The notes under the pieces: model-generated | Databases searched by the model: none | Told to the model about the DNA's origin: nothing | Seen by the model: the letters and a program-made list of their open reading frames with translations, nothing else | Position numbers and translations under genes: made by a program | Origin: Crocinitomicaceae bacterium | GTDB lineage: Bacteria > Bacteroidota > Bacteroidia > Flavobacteriales_D > Crocinitomicaceae | Length of the DNA stretch: 32,385 nt | Direction of reading: 5' to 3' | Assembly: GCA_049239885.1 (NCBI GenBank) | Contig: JBMLTP010000288.1 | Coordinates: 1-32,385 of the forward strand | Shown here: positions 23,255-32,385 of the stretch, in pieces | How the letters are laid out: each line of letters opens with the position of its first letter | How positions within the stretch are numbered: position 1 is the first letter of the stretch

Positions 23255-25714
23255 ATGAAGAATTTTTTCTTTGTCCTAGTTGGACTATGCTTTTTCCAAT
23301 ACTATTTTGGTCAAGTTACGATTACAAAGCCATCCTTTAAATTTACAGCTTGTTCACTTCCAAGTCAATATATTGATTTAGGTTTAATAATGCTCACAGA
23401 ATCTACAAATGGTGATTTTGCTTTGGGCAATGCGCAAAGCATTCAAATTTCGGCACCTTCAAACTTTCAATTTGAACCATCTGTTGGAAGCGTAATTTCC
23501 GCAAATGGTGGGAATGTTCGTAATACAACCATTTCAATTTCAAGTTCATTAATTACTATAACATATGATTGCACTGGGATAAATAAATCAGATGAGGTAA
23601 CAATTTCAGGAATTCGAATTAGGGTAACTTCTCTATCAACTGGCACATTTAACAGAACTGGGGGTAACGCATCAATTAGTGGATTAACAATAGGCACCCC
23701 TCTAACAAATAACATTTCAGCTTTGCAATCTGTAGCTGGAAGATACCGAACTGTTATTAATACCACTAGTAATCTAAATTGGAGTTCATCAACTACATGG
23801 GAATGTGGTAGTGTTCCGCCAAATGATGGTACTGCTGAAATTTATATAAGTCCATATAATGGAGGGTTTAGTGTTTTGAATTCCGTTGTATTTGGAAATA
23901 CGACCGTTAAATCAATCATAGTTGAAAGTGGTGCTAATTTTTCACCTCCAGGAAATAGTGGTTCGACGCTGGTTGTAAATGAAGACTTCACCATCGAAAC
24001 TGGTGCTTATTTCCGTCAGTATAATTGGGCAAACAATGGAAAAAACGCCATTGAAATCAAAGGAAATTTCACTAATAATGGTGAAATGACAACTTCCGGA
24101 AGTAATAACACATATGACTTGGATATCACATTCAATGGGACTTCTCCTCAAACTATTTCAGGAAGCGGTATATTTCGAATGATTGGAAATGGATCGCAAA
24201 TGAGTACCATAACGTTTGACAATCCGAAAGGAATAACATTAAATGCAAGTTTTTCAACTGTAGGAGCTCATGGAGACGCTGGAACAGTTAACGTAAACGG
24301 ATTATTGACTTTTGGAAGTAGTTCCAATCAATTTACAGGTGCAGGAGCAGTTAACGTTAATGGACAAGTTGTGCTTAAAGCTTCAACGTTTTATGGTCAT
24401 TTTGCAAATACAGGTGCAAGAACGTTGGGCGCGACTTCCACCGTTGAATTTACAAATTCAAGCTCTTTAATTACCTCAACAAATATTCCAACAATGAATT
24501 TATATCGTTTGATTTCAAGCGTTGGTGCGAGCGGAACTTTAACAGCTACTGGAAATTTAAATGTTTCCAATCAATTAACGCTTAACGCAGGAAAAATTCT
24601 GATGGGTACAAACACCCTGACAATCGGGACATCTTTGACAAACCTTGGAATAATTTCACATTCATCAGGTTTTGTTATGGGTAAAGTGAAAAGATGGTTC
24701 AACTCAACAAACTCAGGAAATGAATCTGGATTATATCCATTGGGAATAAGTAATAAGCGAAACTTTGTAAAAGTTGAGTACACGCAAGCAACAGATGGAG
24801 GGACATTAACTGCAGAATGGATTCCTAGTTCAATGGGGACAAATTTCACTAACGAACCTATACCCACCTCTTGTAATGGAAATTTTGAAATTTACACTAC
24901 GGCAAGCGGATATTGGAGTATGACGCCAGGAGATGGAATAACAAATGCTGAAAGTAAGAAATATAACATTACTTTATTTGCCGATGGACTTCTAGATTTT
25001 ACAGATGATTGTCACGTTACCGCTTTAAAACGACAAGGTAGCAACCCGTGGTTACAATCAGGAATACACATAGATAATACAGGAGATGCAATTAGCCCAA
25101 ATGTTCAACGTATCGGAGCGACTGGTTGGAGTAATTGGGGATTTGCCGGAGGCAGCGGAACGCCACTTCCAGTTGAGTTAGTATCCTTTAATTCAAATTG
25201 TAATGAAGGACAAACAATTTTAACTTGGATAACTAGTTCAGAAAATAACTCATCTTCATTTGACATTGAGATTTCCCCTGATGGATCAACTTGGGAAACG
25301 AATGGTTCTATTAACGCTGCAGGATTTAGTAACGAAGAAATCGAATATAGCTACAAAACAGAACGTGTCGGAATCCAACGCTTTGCGCGACTAAAACAAA
25401 TTGACAATAATGGCGATTTCAAATTGTATGGTCCCGTTGAAATTTCTTGCTCACCATCATGGAATCTGAGTACTTTTCCCAATCCAAGCCAGGAGTCTTT
25501 CAATGTTTTGGTTCGTTCAAAATATTTAGATATGACTGGAATACTAAACTTAATTGATTTGTCAGGGAATGTGATTTGCTCAAAAAATGTGACCATTCAA
25601 GAGGGCATAAACGTTTTTCCTATTTCGAATGAAAAGCTTTCAAATGGAGCTTATTTCATTCAGCTTATTACTGAAAATCAAGACCCAATCGTTTTTCAAC
25701 ACTTGGTTAAATAA
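23255..25714 (+). CDS. Large secreted protein with a T9SS type A C-terminal sorting domain
   Basis: Start moved to the ATG at 23255 (MKNFFFVLVGLCFFQYYFGQ); the track start is a TTG. The body is N/T/S/G-rich and beta-helix-like. A LPVELVSF...W.T..E.N...F.IE.S.DG..W module follows. The C-terminal FPNPSQESFNV...GAYFIQL is a type A CTD. Confidence 0.8.
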   Translation: MKNFFFVLVGLCFFQYYFGQVTITKPSFKFTACSLPSQYIDLGLIMLTESTNGDFALGNAQSIQISAPSNFQFEPSVGSVISANGGNVRNTTISISSSLITITYDCTGINKSDEVTISGIRIRVTSLSTGTFNRTGGNASISGLTIGTPLTNNISALQSVAGRYRTVINTTSNLNWSSSTTWECGSVPPNDGTAEIYISPYNGGFSVLNSVVFGNTTVKSIIVESGANFSPPGNSGSTLVVNEDFTIETGAYFRQYNWANNGKNAIEIKGNFTNNGEMTTSGSNNTYDLDITFNGTSPQTISGSGIFRMIGNGSQMSTITFDNPKGITLNASFSTVGAHGDAGTVNVNGLLTFGSSSNQFTGAGAVNVNGQVVLKASTFYGHFANTGARTLGATSTVEFTNSSSLITSTNIPTMNLYRLISSVGASGTLTATGNLNVSNQLTLNAGKILMGTNTLTIGTSLTNLGIISHSSGFVMGKVKRWFNSTNSGNESGLYPLGISNKRNFVKVEYTQATDGGTLTAEWIPSSMGTNFTNEPIPTSCNGNFEIYTTASGYWSMTPGDGITNAESKKYNITLFADGLLDFTDDCHVTALKRQGSNPWLQSGIHIDNTGDAISPNVQRIGATGWSNWGFAGGSGTPLPVELVSFNSNCNEGQTILTWITSSENNSSSFDIEISPDGSTWETNGSINAAGFSNEEIEYSYKTERVGIQRFARLKQIDNNGDFKLYGPVEISCSPSWNLSTFPNPSQESFNVLVRSKYLDMTGILNLIDLSGNVICSKNVTIQEGINVFPISNEKLSNGAYFIQLITENQDPIVFQHLVK

Positions 25715-25749
25715 TCTGACTCTTTAAATTTGTTTGATTAATCATACTC

Positions 25750-25795
25750 AATGTTTCTTTTAAATTGGTTCCGACCAAAAGAAACATTTCTTTTT
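25750..25795 (+). terminator. Rho-independent terminator
   Basis: AATGTTTCTTTT (25750-25761) pairs perfectly with AAAAGAAACATT (25777-25788). There is an inner TTGGT/ACCAA extension around a TCCG loop, followed by TCTTTTT. Confidence 0.8.
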
Positions 25796-25831
25796 ACAGT
25801 GATTATCGTAATTTATATTAAACACTTTCAT

Positions 25832-25839
25832 TAACTTTG
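25832..25839 (+). promoter_or_regulatory. -7 box TAACTTTG in front of the gene relic
   Basis: Exact TAnnTTTG match ending 23 nt before the ATG at 25863. Confidence 0.4.
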
Positions 25840-25862
25840 GTTACTCATTTTCATTGGTAGTC

Positions 25863-26136
25863 ATGATTGTAAACAAAAAAATTTTAGCCGTCGTTAAGAA
25901 ATCATTCTCCAAATTCGATTTTTCTCAACTGGAAGAAAAGAGCGGCAATGAAGCTCAAACAAGAATCTCCCTAATCGAATCTCTATTTGAAATTTTGGGT
26001 TATAGCAGACATGGTTCGAAAATATCTTACCTATTTTAATGATGCTGATTTAGAGGAAACACCTTTTGTATTGCATAAAATCAGTTGGGAAGAAATTAAA
26101 ATTCAAATCTTGGGACATTTAGCTCAGTTATCTTAA
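25863..26136 (+). pseudogene. Remnant of a restriction-enzyme-like (HsdR N-terminal type) gene, two out-of-frame fragments
   Basis: Fragment 1 (25863-26039) ends ...SGNEAQTRISLIESLFEILGYSR, then junk and a stop. That motif is the N-terminal E-x-x-T-[KR]-x-x-L-I-x-x-L-x-x-LGY block of type I R-subunit-like nucleases. Fragment 2 (frame +1, 26011-26136) reads ...DADLEETPFVLHKISWEEIKIQILGHLAQLS and looks like a C-terminal tail. Confidence 0.45.
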
Positions 26137-26200
26137 ATACAAGCAGTTTGCATTAAATTTCCGAGGAATTTTCCCAAAACTAATTTTCGCTTCTTTTTCG

Positions 26201-26208
26201 TATCTTTG
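26201..26208 (+). promoter_or_regulatory. -7 box TATCTTTG for maeB
   Basis: Exact TAnnTTTG match ending 17 nt before the ATG at 26226. Confidence 0.5.
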
Positions 26209-26225
26209 GCTCCCTTAAAAAACCA

Positions 26226-28490
26226 ATGGCTAAAATTAGAAAACAAGACGCACTTGAATACCATTCTTCCGGTAAACCTGGAAAAATCGAAGTTGTCCCG
26301 ACAAAACCATACGCCTCACAGCGCGATCTGTCATTAGCTTATTCTCCAGGCGTTGCCGAACCATGTTTGAAAATTGCTGAAAATGTTTCCGATGTATATA
26401 AATACACAAGCAAAGGGAATTTAGTAGCTGTAATTTCGAATGGAACAGCTGTTTTGGGCTTGGGGGACATCGGTCCAGAAGCTTCTAAGCCTGTAATGGA
26501 AGGAAAAGGATTACTCTTTAAAATATTTGCTGATATCGATGTTTTCGATATCGAAGTTGACGCCAAGGATCCCGAGTTATTTATCCAAACGGTGAAAGCA
26601 ATTGCACCAACTTTCGGTGGAATAAACCTAGAAGACATCAAAGCGCCAGAAGCATTCGAAATCGAGCGCAGATTGAAAGAGGAATTGGATATTCCAATCA
26701 TGCACGATGACCAACATGGGACTGCCATCATTTCGTCAGCCGCTTTAATAAATGCACTCGAACTTGCAAATAAGAAAATCGAAAAGATCAAAATAGTAGT
26801 TTCTGGTGCTGGAGCCTCTGCACTTTCTTGCGCTAAATTATACCATACCCTAGGTGCAAAATTGGAAAACATTTATATGTTCGATTCGAAAGGTTTGATT
26901 CATAAAAGCCGAACCGATTTGGATCCGATGAAGCAATTTTTCGCTGTTCATCAAAAAGACATTCTTTTCGCAGAAGCATTTAAAAATGCGGATGTTTTTC
27001 TTGGATTATCACGAGCAGGATTGGTTTCAAAAGAAATGATAGCGGTAATGGCAAATGATCCAATCGTTTTTGCTCTTGCAAATCCTGAACCCGAAATTTC
27101 ATACAAAGAAGCAACATCAGTTCGTAAAGACATTATTATGGCGACTGGTCGTTCGGATCATCCTAATCAAGTCAACAATGTACTTGGATTCCCTTTTATT
27201 TTCAGAGGAGCTTTAGATGTTCGGGCAACCACCATTAATGAAGAAATGAAACTAGCTGCCGTCAAGGCAATTGCTGCTTTGGCAAAAGAAACCATTCCGG
27301 AAGAAGTTATCGAAGCTTATGGCGAAAAGAACATTTCATTCGGTCGTGAGCAAATCATTCCTAAACCATTGGACCCAAGATTAATCTACTATGTCGCCCC
27401 TGCGGTCGCAAAAGCAGCGATGGATTCAGGAGTAGCAAAAAATCCAATTTCAAATTGGGAAGAATATGAAACCCACCTAAAAAATCGATTGGGTCTCGAC
27501 AACAAGCTTGTTCGCAACATGACTTCAAAGGCGCAAAGCAACCCTAAAACAGTAGTTTTTGCCGAGGCTGATAATGTAAAAATTCTAAAAGCAGCCCAAG
27601 TAGCATACGATGAAGGAGTCGCATTTCCTATTCTTTTAGGGAAGAAGCAGCGTATTTTAGACTTGATTGAAGAATATGCCATCGATTTACCTGAAGTTGT
27701 AATTGTTGATCCGAAATCAGAGGAGGAAGAAAAACGACGAATCGCATACGGAAAAGCCTTTTTTGAAAAGAGAAAACGAAAAGGATTTACCGAGTTTGAA
27801 GCCATACAAATTATGCGTGAACGAAATTATTTCGGTGCGATGATGGTAGATCAAGGTGACGCAGATGCGATGATTACTGGTTTAACACGGAGCTATCGCT
27901 CATCTGTTCGTCCTGCCTTGCAAACTGTAGGCTTACAAAAAGATGTGAACGTAATTTCGGGAATGTACATTCTTAATACTAAACGAGGACCGCTCTTTTT
28001 GGCAGATACTACTGTAAATCTCAACCCTACTGCTGAGCAAATTGCGGAAATCACCTTCAATGTCTCGAAAATCATTCGTAAACTAAAAGTTACCCCGAAA
28101 ATCGCATTACTAAGCTATTCGAATTTTGGTTCTTCACCAGGGCCAGATTCTGAAAAAATGGCTGAAGCGGTTAAAATCCTCCATGAGAAACACCCTTCAT
28201 TGGTTGTGGATGGAGAAGTTCAAGCAAATTTCGCATTAAACGAAGAATTGATGAATGAGAAATTTGCGTTCTCGCAACTTGCGAACAAAGAAGTGAACAC
28301 ACTAATCTTCCCAAATTTGTCTGCAGGAAATATTTCATACAAATTATTGCAACAAATGACTGATGGAGATGCTATTGGTCCTATCTTAGTCGGGTTAAAA
28401 AAATCAATTCACGTTTTGCAACTTGGATCATCCGTTCGAGAAATCGCCAATATGGTTAAGGTTGCTGTTATTGATGCTCAAAACAAATAA
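26226..28490 (+). CDS. maeB: NADP-dependent malic enzyme (malic enzyme plus PTA-like domain)
   Basis: 754 aa. The N-terminal half has DLSLAYSPGVAEPC, AVISNGTAVLGLGDIGP.ASKPVMEGK and HDDQHGTAII. The C-terminal half resembles phosphate acetyltransferase. Confidence 0.95.
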   Translation: MAKIRKQDALEYHSSGKPGKIEVVPTKPYASQRDLSLAYSPGVAEPCLKIAENVSDVYKYTSKGNLVAVISNGTAVLGLGDIGPEASKPVMEGKGLLFKIFADIDVFDIEVDAKDPELFIQTVKAIAPTFGGINLEDIKAPEAFEIERRLKEELDIPIMHDDQHGTAIISSAALINALELANKKIEKIKIVVSGAGASALSCAKLYHTLGAKLENIYMFDSKGLIHKSRTDLDPMKQFFAVHQKDILFAEAFKNADVFLGLSRAGLVSKEMIAVMANDPIVFALANPEPEISYKEATSVRKDIIMATGRSDHPNQVNNVLGFPFIFRGALDVRATTINEEMKLAAVKAIAALAKETIPEEVIEAYGEKNISFGREQIIPKPLDPRLIYYVAPAVAKAAMDSGVAKNPISNWEEYETHLKNRLGLDNKLVRNMTSKAQSNPKTVVFAEADNVKILKAAQVAYDEGVAFPILLGKKQRILDLIEEYAIDLPEVVIVDPKSEEEEKRRIAYGKAFFEKRKRKGFTEFEAIQIMRERNYFGAMMVDQGDADAMITGLTRSYRSSVRPALQTVGLQKDVNVISGMYILNTKRGPLFLADTTVNLNPTAEQIAEITFNVSKIIRKLKVTPKIALLSYSNFGSSPGPDSEKMAEAVKILHEKHPSLVVDGEVQANFALNEELMNEKFAFSQLANKEVNTLIFPNLSAGNISYKLLQQMTDGDAIGPILVGLKKSIHVLQLGSSVREIANMVKVAVIDAQNK

Positions 28491-28492
28491 AG

Positions 28493-29068
28493 ATGATTGG
28501 TTTATTGAATGGTAGATTAATTGAAAAAAATCCAACAGAGCTACTTATCGATTGTTCGGGTGTTGGCTATGAGGTTAAAATTTCATTGAATACATTTTCT
28601 CAGATACCTGAAGGAGAAGCAATTAGAATATACACGAAGCTAATTGTTCGAGAAGACGCTCATCTTCTCTACGGATTTTACACAAAGGAAGAGCGAGAAA
28701 TGTTTAACCTCCTTATCAGTGTTTCCGGAATTGGTCCAAATACGGCAATGATTATGCTTTCTTCTTTAAAAACAGATGAAATTGCTCAAGCCATTGAAAA
28801 TGAAGATGTTCGAACGATTCAAGGAATCAAAGGAATCGGAGCCAAAACGGCTCAGCGTGTAATCATTGATTTAAAAGGGAAAGTGTTAAAATTCAGTGCA
28901 TCAAGCGAAAATATGTTCTCACTAAACAATACAAATCGATTTGATGCGTTAACTGCTTTAGTTTCGCTCGGGTTTGATAAAAAATCCGCAGAGAAAGTGT
29001 TAGATAAAATTGATACTGGGGAACAAACTGTTGAAGTTCTGATCAAAGAAGCATTGCGACTATTGTAA
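28493..29068 (+). CDS. ruvA: Holliday junction DNA helicase subunit RuvA
   Basis: MIGLLNGRLIEKNPTELLIDCSGVGYEVKISLNTF... and the HhH region ISVSGIGPNTAMIMLS / GIKGIGAKTAQRVIIDLK. Confidence 0.95.
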   Translation: MIGLLNGRLIEKNPTELLIDCSGVGYEVKISLNTFSQIPEGEAIRIYTKLIVREDAHLLYGFYTKEEREMFNLLISVSGIGPNTAMIMLSSLKTDEIAQAIENEDVRTIQGIKGIGAKTAQRVIIDLKGKVLKFSASSENMFSLNNTNRFDALTALVSLGFDKKSAEKVLDKIDTGEQTVEVLIKEALRLL

Positions 29069-32000
29069 ATGATTGTAAAGCAAAAAATAAACATACTTAA
29101 TTTATCGCATCTCTTTTTGATGCTTCTAACCTTATGCGGAACACTTGTTTTTGCTCAAAACGACCCTGAATTACCTTTCCCCATTTACAATCCGCTAAAT
29201 CCAGGACAAAATTTACCTCAAAGTTTTGATTTGGGGGATCCAACTTCATTGAAACAATCCATTGTTTACGACCCGTTAACCGGAACATACATTTTTACAG
29301 AAACATTAGGCAATGGCTTAAATTTCCGAAATCCTTCAATGATGACCCTTGAAGAATACCTGGAATATGAACGTAAAAAATCAATGACTCAGGATTGGCA
29401 GGAAATCATAGAGGAAGAAACGGCTGAAAACCGCAATTATGAATTACCAATCAAAATTGGAAGCAAGGCGTTTAAAAATTTCTTTGGTTCAGATACTATT
29501 AAAATCATTCCAGGCGGAAATTTGGAACTTTTTCTCGGAATAAATCACTCACGAATCGACAACCCAATGTTGCCGATGAGACAACGAAAAATTACGCGTT
29601 TCGATTTTAATCAAAATATCAATCTTGAAGTTACTGGACAAATCGGAACAAAATTAAAGATCAATGCCAAGTACAATACCGGAGCGACTTTAGACTTTGA
29701 GAATATTTCAAAACTTGAGCATACTGGAAACGAAGATGAAATTCTTCAAAAAATCGCTTTAGGAAATGTTTCACTAGACTTACCAACTACCCTAATTCAA
29801 GGTTCGCAAACCCTATTTGGTGCCAAAACACAGCTGAAATTCGGTCGAGCAACTATCGATTTAATCGCAGCATCGTCGAAAGGTAAACGGACTGAAATTA
29901 ATGTTACGGGAAAAGCACAGACTCAGAAATTTGAATTAACAGCAGATAACTACGAAGCAAACAAACATTATTTTCTAAACCTTTATCATCAGCAACATTA
30001 TGATACGGCAATGTCCACGCTTCCTGTTGTTAATTCTACCGTTTTCATCACGAGAATTGAAGTTTGGGTAACCAATAGATCAAATATTACTGAAAACACA
30101 AGAAACATTATCGCATTTTCGGATTTAGGTGAATCAAAACAAACAAATTGGCAAGGAAATCCGGGGACGTCTTCTCCAAATCAAATGCCAGACAACCAAT
30201 CAAATGGATTATATGATTGGGCAGCCAATCAACCTTTGATTCGTGGTTTTGCCAATGCAGTTTCAACACTTAGCGCTCAAGTTAATTCCCCAGGGCCTTT
30301 TCAACAAGCCATTGAATATGAGAAAGTTGAAAATGCAAGAAGATTAACAGAATCAGACTTCTCCTACAACTCACTTTTAGGATATATTTCACTTAACCAA
30401 GCTTTGAACAATGATGAAGTTTTAGGAGTAGCTTATGAATATACCTATCGCGGCGAAACTTATCAGGTTGGAGAATTTTCGACAGATGGTTCGGACGGAC
30501 AAGACGCATTAATTCTCAAACTTTTAAAGCCGACAATTACAAATCCGAATAATAAAGTTTGGGATTTGATGATGAAAAATGTATACGCAATCGGAGCCTA
30601 CAATGTGGATCAAGCAGGTTTTAAAATAAATATTCTTTACAACAATCCAGATCAATCGATAAATATTCCATATTTCCCAATGGAAGGGGTGAAAGACCAA
30701 CAATTAGTGACTTTGTTGGACATGGATAAAATCAATCAAAACAACCAGCCATTTTCAGATGGGGTTTTTGATTTCTCGCCATTTAATCAAGTCGGGAATA
30801 AAATAGATAACGGAGGTACAATTAATCGTAAAAGTGGGCGCGTTTTCTTCTCTACAATCGAGCCATTTGGAAAAACATTAGCCAAAAAACTAGAGGCTGT
30901 CAATATTCCCACAACGACAATAAATCGTGTGTCGTTTTACGAATTATACGATTCTACTAAAACAGCTGCTCAACAAGTTCCGAGTAAAAACAGGTTTACC
31001 TTGCAGGGAGAATACCAATCCTCGATAAGTTCAGATATTCCTTTAAATACGTTAAACGTGCCTGAAGGAGCAGTGAGCGTTACGGCTGGTGGCATCAAAC
31101 TTGTTGAAGGGACCGATTATACAGTTGATTATAACTTAGGTCGCGTTAAAATCATCAATTCCGGTATTTTAGAATCGAATACTCCAATCAAAATCTCCAT
31201 CGAGAGCAACTCCGTTTTCGGATTTCAAGCGCGCTCAATGGTAGGTGGTCATTACCAATATCGATTTAGCGATCGAGCAAAAGTAGGAGCAACTTGGGTT
31301 CGTATGATGGAACGTCCTGTGACTCAAAAAGTGGACTTCGGAAACGAACCGTTCAAAAATAATGTTATCGGTGCCGATTTCGCAGTTAGAACAGATTTGC
31401 CTTTCTTAACAAAATTGGTTGATCTATTACCCGTAATTTCCACTAACCAAATGTCGACTTTATCTCTTACAGGCGAGGTTGCTCATTTGATCCCTGGTCA
31501 ACCAAGAGCGATTAATAAAGAAGGTACATCTTACATCGACGACTTTGAAGCGAGTCAAAGTGCAATTGATTTGCGATCTGTCAATGCCTGGAGACTAGCT
31601 GCTGTTCCACAGGGTCAACCAGATTTATTCCCTGAAGCAACTAAAAAAGATTTGTCTGTTGGATATAAACGAGCAAAAACCGCTTGGTACGTAATTGACC
31701 CTTTGTTTTATCAAAGTAATAATTTAACTCCCCTACATATTAAGCAAAATCCACAAATGTTATCAGATAGCCGAATGCGTTTGGTTAATCAAATTGATAT
31801 TTTTCCGAATCTACAACAGCAATATGGGTCAATCCCAAACATTCCAATTTTGGAATTGGCATACTATCCCAAAGAAAGGGGAATGTACAACTATGACACT
31901 ACCAATACGGTTGATTCAGCAGGTTTTTTCATTAATCCTGAAAATCGTTGGGGAGGAATTCAGCGCGGTTTAACTACGAACGATTTTGAGCTTGCCAACA

Positions 32001-32385
32001 TCGAATTTATTCAATTTTGGGTGTTAGACCCATTCAATTCGGACGCTGAAAACTCCGTTCCGAATTCAGCAATGACAGGAGGAGATCTCTATTTTAACCT
32101 TGGTAATATATCAGAAGACGTCCTTCCAGATTCGCGGAAAAGTTTTGAGAACGGGCTACCTCCTTCAAATGCTGTTCTTGGAGATAATTTAGACACGACG
32201 ATTTGGTCCAAAATTTCAACGCAACAAATTATCATTAACGCGTTTGATACAGATCCTCAGGCAAGATTAAATCAAGACGTGGGAATTGATGGTTGGAAAA
32301 ATTCAGAAGAAAAATTAGCCTATAACAACTTTGTAAGTTGGATCCAAAATAATGGTGTTTTAAGTTCGCAAGCAAAAGCCAAACT
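29069..32385 (+). CDS. sprA: T9SS translocon / gliding-motility protein SprA (Sov), 3'-partial
   Basis: Not in the ORF track because it has no stop inside the window. The ATG at 29069 directly follows the ruvA TAA. The translation MIVKQKINILNLSHLFLMLLTLCGTLVFAQNDPELPFPIYNPLNPGQNLPQSFDLGDPTSLKQSIVYDPLTGTYIF... is the conserved SprA N-terminus. The frame stays open for 1105 codons to the window end. Confidence 0.9.
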   Translation, partial: MIVKQKINILNLSHLFLMLLTLCGTLVFAQNDPELPFPIYNPLNPGQNLPQSFDLGDPTSLKQSIVYDPLTGTYIFTETLGNGLNFRNPSMMTLEEYLEYERKKSMTQDWQEIIEEETAENRNYELPIKIGSKAFKNFFGSDTIKIIPGGNLELFLGINHSRIDNPMLPMRQRKITRFDFNQNINLEVTGQIGTKLKINAKYNTGATLDFENISKLEHTGNEDEILQKIALGNVSLDLPTTLIQGSQTLFGAKTQLKFGRATIDLIAASSKGKRTEINVTGKAQTQKFELTADNYEANKHYFLNLYHQQHYDTAMSTLPVVNSTVFITRIEVWVTNRSNITENTRNIIAFSDLGESKQTNWQGNPGTSSPNQMPDNQSNGLYDWAANQPLIRGFANAVSTLSAQVNSPGPFQQAIEYEKVENARRLTESDFSYNSLLGYISLNQALNNDEVLGVAYEYTYRGETYQVGEFSTDGSDGQDALILKLLKPTITNPNNKVWDLMMKNVYAIGAYNVDQAGFKINILYNNPDQSINIPYFPMEGVKDQQLVTLLDMDKINQNNQPFSDGVFDFSPFNQVGNKIDNGGTINRKSGRVFFSTIEPFGKTLAKKLEAVNIPTTTINRVSFYELYDSTKTAAQQVPSKNRFTLQGEYQSSISSDIPLNTLNVPEGAVSVTAGGIKLVEGTDYTVDYNLGRVKIINSGILESNTPIKISIESNSVFGFQARSMVGGHYQYRFSDRAKVGATWVRMMERPVTQKVDFGNEPFKNNVIGADFAVRTDLPFLTKLVDLLPVISTNQMSTLSLTGEVAHLIPGQPRAINKEGTSYIDDFEASQSAIDLRSVNAWRLAAVPQGQPDLFPEATKKDLSVGYKRAKTAWYVIDPLFYQSNNLTPLHIKQNPQMLSDSRMRLVNQIDIFPNLQQQYGSIPNIPILELAYYPKERGMYNYDTTNTVDSAGFFINPENRWGGIQRGLTTNDFELANIEFIQFWVLDPFNSDAENSVPNSAMTGGDLYFNLGNISEDVLPDSRKSFENGLPPSNAVLGDNLDTTIWSKISTQQIIINAFDTDPQARLNQDVGIDGWKNSEEKLAYNNFVSWIQNNGVLSSQAKAK

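Noticed and set aside
26011-26024. GGTTCGAA, a tRNA T-loop-like motif
   Set aside because: There is no complementary T-stem, acceptor stem or anticodon arm around it. It sits inside the gene relic.
26339-27805. Minus-strand ORFs of 177 aa (26339-26872) and 138 aa (27389-27805)
   Set aside because: Both are antisense shadows inside maeB, whose forward translation is an unambiguous full-length malic enzyme. Their translations are compositionally odd (S/A/F-rich).
1-32385. Scan for CRISPR arrays, IS elements, integrases, tRNA/rRNA genes and long direct or inverted repeats
   Set aside because: I saw no regularly spaced direct repeats, transposase- or integrase-like translations, or RNA-gene signatures by eye. 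A computational repeat or RNA scan (tRNAscan-SE, Infernal, MinCED) would be needed to be definitive.

Overview
AT-rich chromosomal segment that looks like Bacteroidota, probably a Flavobacteriia-type genome. The evidence is sprA, a porP/sprF-like gene, type A and type B T9SS sorting domains, and TAnnTTTG -7 promoter boxes 17-23 nt upstream of start codons. I call 22 protein-coding genes plus one decayed gene remnant. On the forward strand these are: a 5'-truncated orphan ORF, ferritin, a 1303-aa sensor/adenylate-cyclase/HD fusion, a CotH-family T9SS type-B cargo with its PorP/SprF-like partner, a tandem USP, class 1 FBPase, a degenerate AAA_14/DUF4143-type ATPase abutting an AddB-like PD-(D/E)XK nuclease, a LysE exporter, a MORN/YwqK repeat protein, a large T9SS type-A cargo, and maeB-ruvA-sprA (sprA runs off the 3' edge and is absent from the ORF track). 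On the reverse strand these are: a DUF2490-like barrel plus lipoprotein pair, a GH3-family adenylating enzyme, a small acidic protein, and an HTH / DUF4286 / rsmA cluster. I found no rRNA, tRNA, CRISPR array, transposase, integrase or obvious prophage or defence island. I do not see a clear-cut new multi-gene system. The best leads are: (1) the extracytoplasmic propeller/Y_Y_Y sensor wired to a catalytically complete class III adenylate cyclase plus an HD domain, overlapping the ferritin gene; (2) the pseudo-ATPase translationally coupled to an AddB-like nuclease with no AddA-type partner nearby; (3) an orphan promoter-to-terminator unit upstream of ferritin that could be a small RNA; (4) a promoter-bearing relic of a restriction-enzyme-like gene; (5) a 10-bp inverted repeat bracketing the AT-rich region between the HTH gene and the T9SS cargo gene. 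All domain calls come from reading motifs by eye, and no searches were run.
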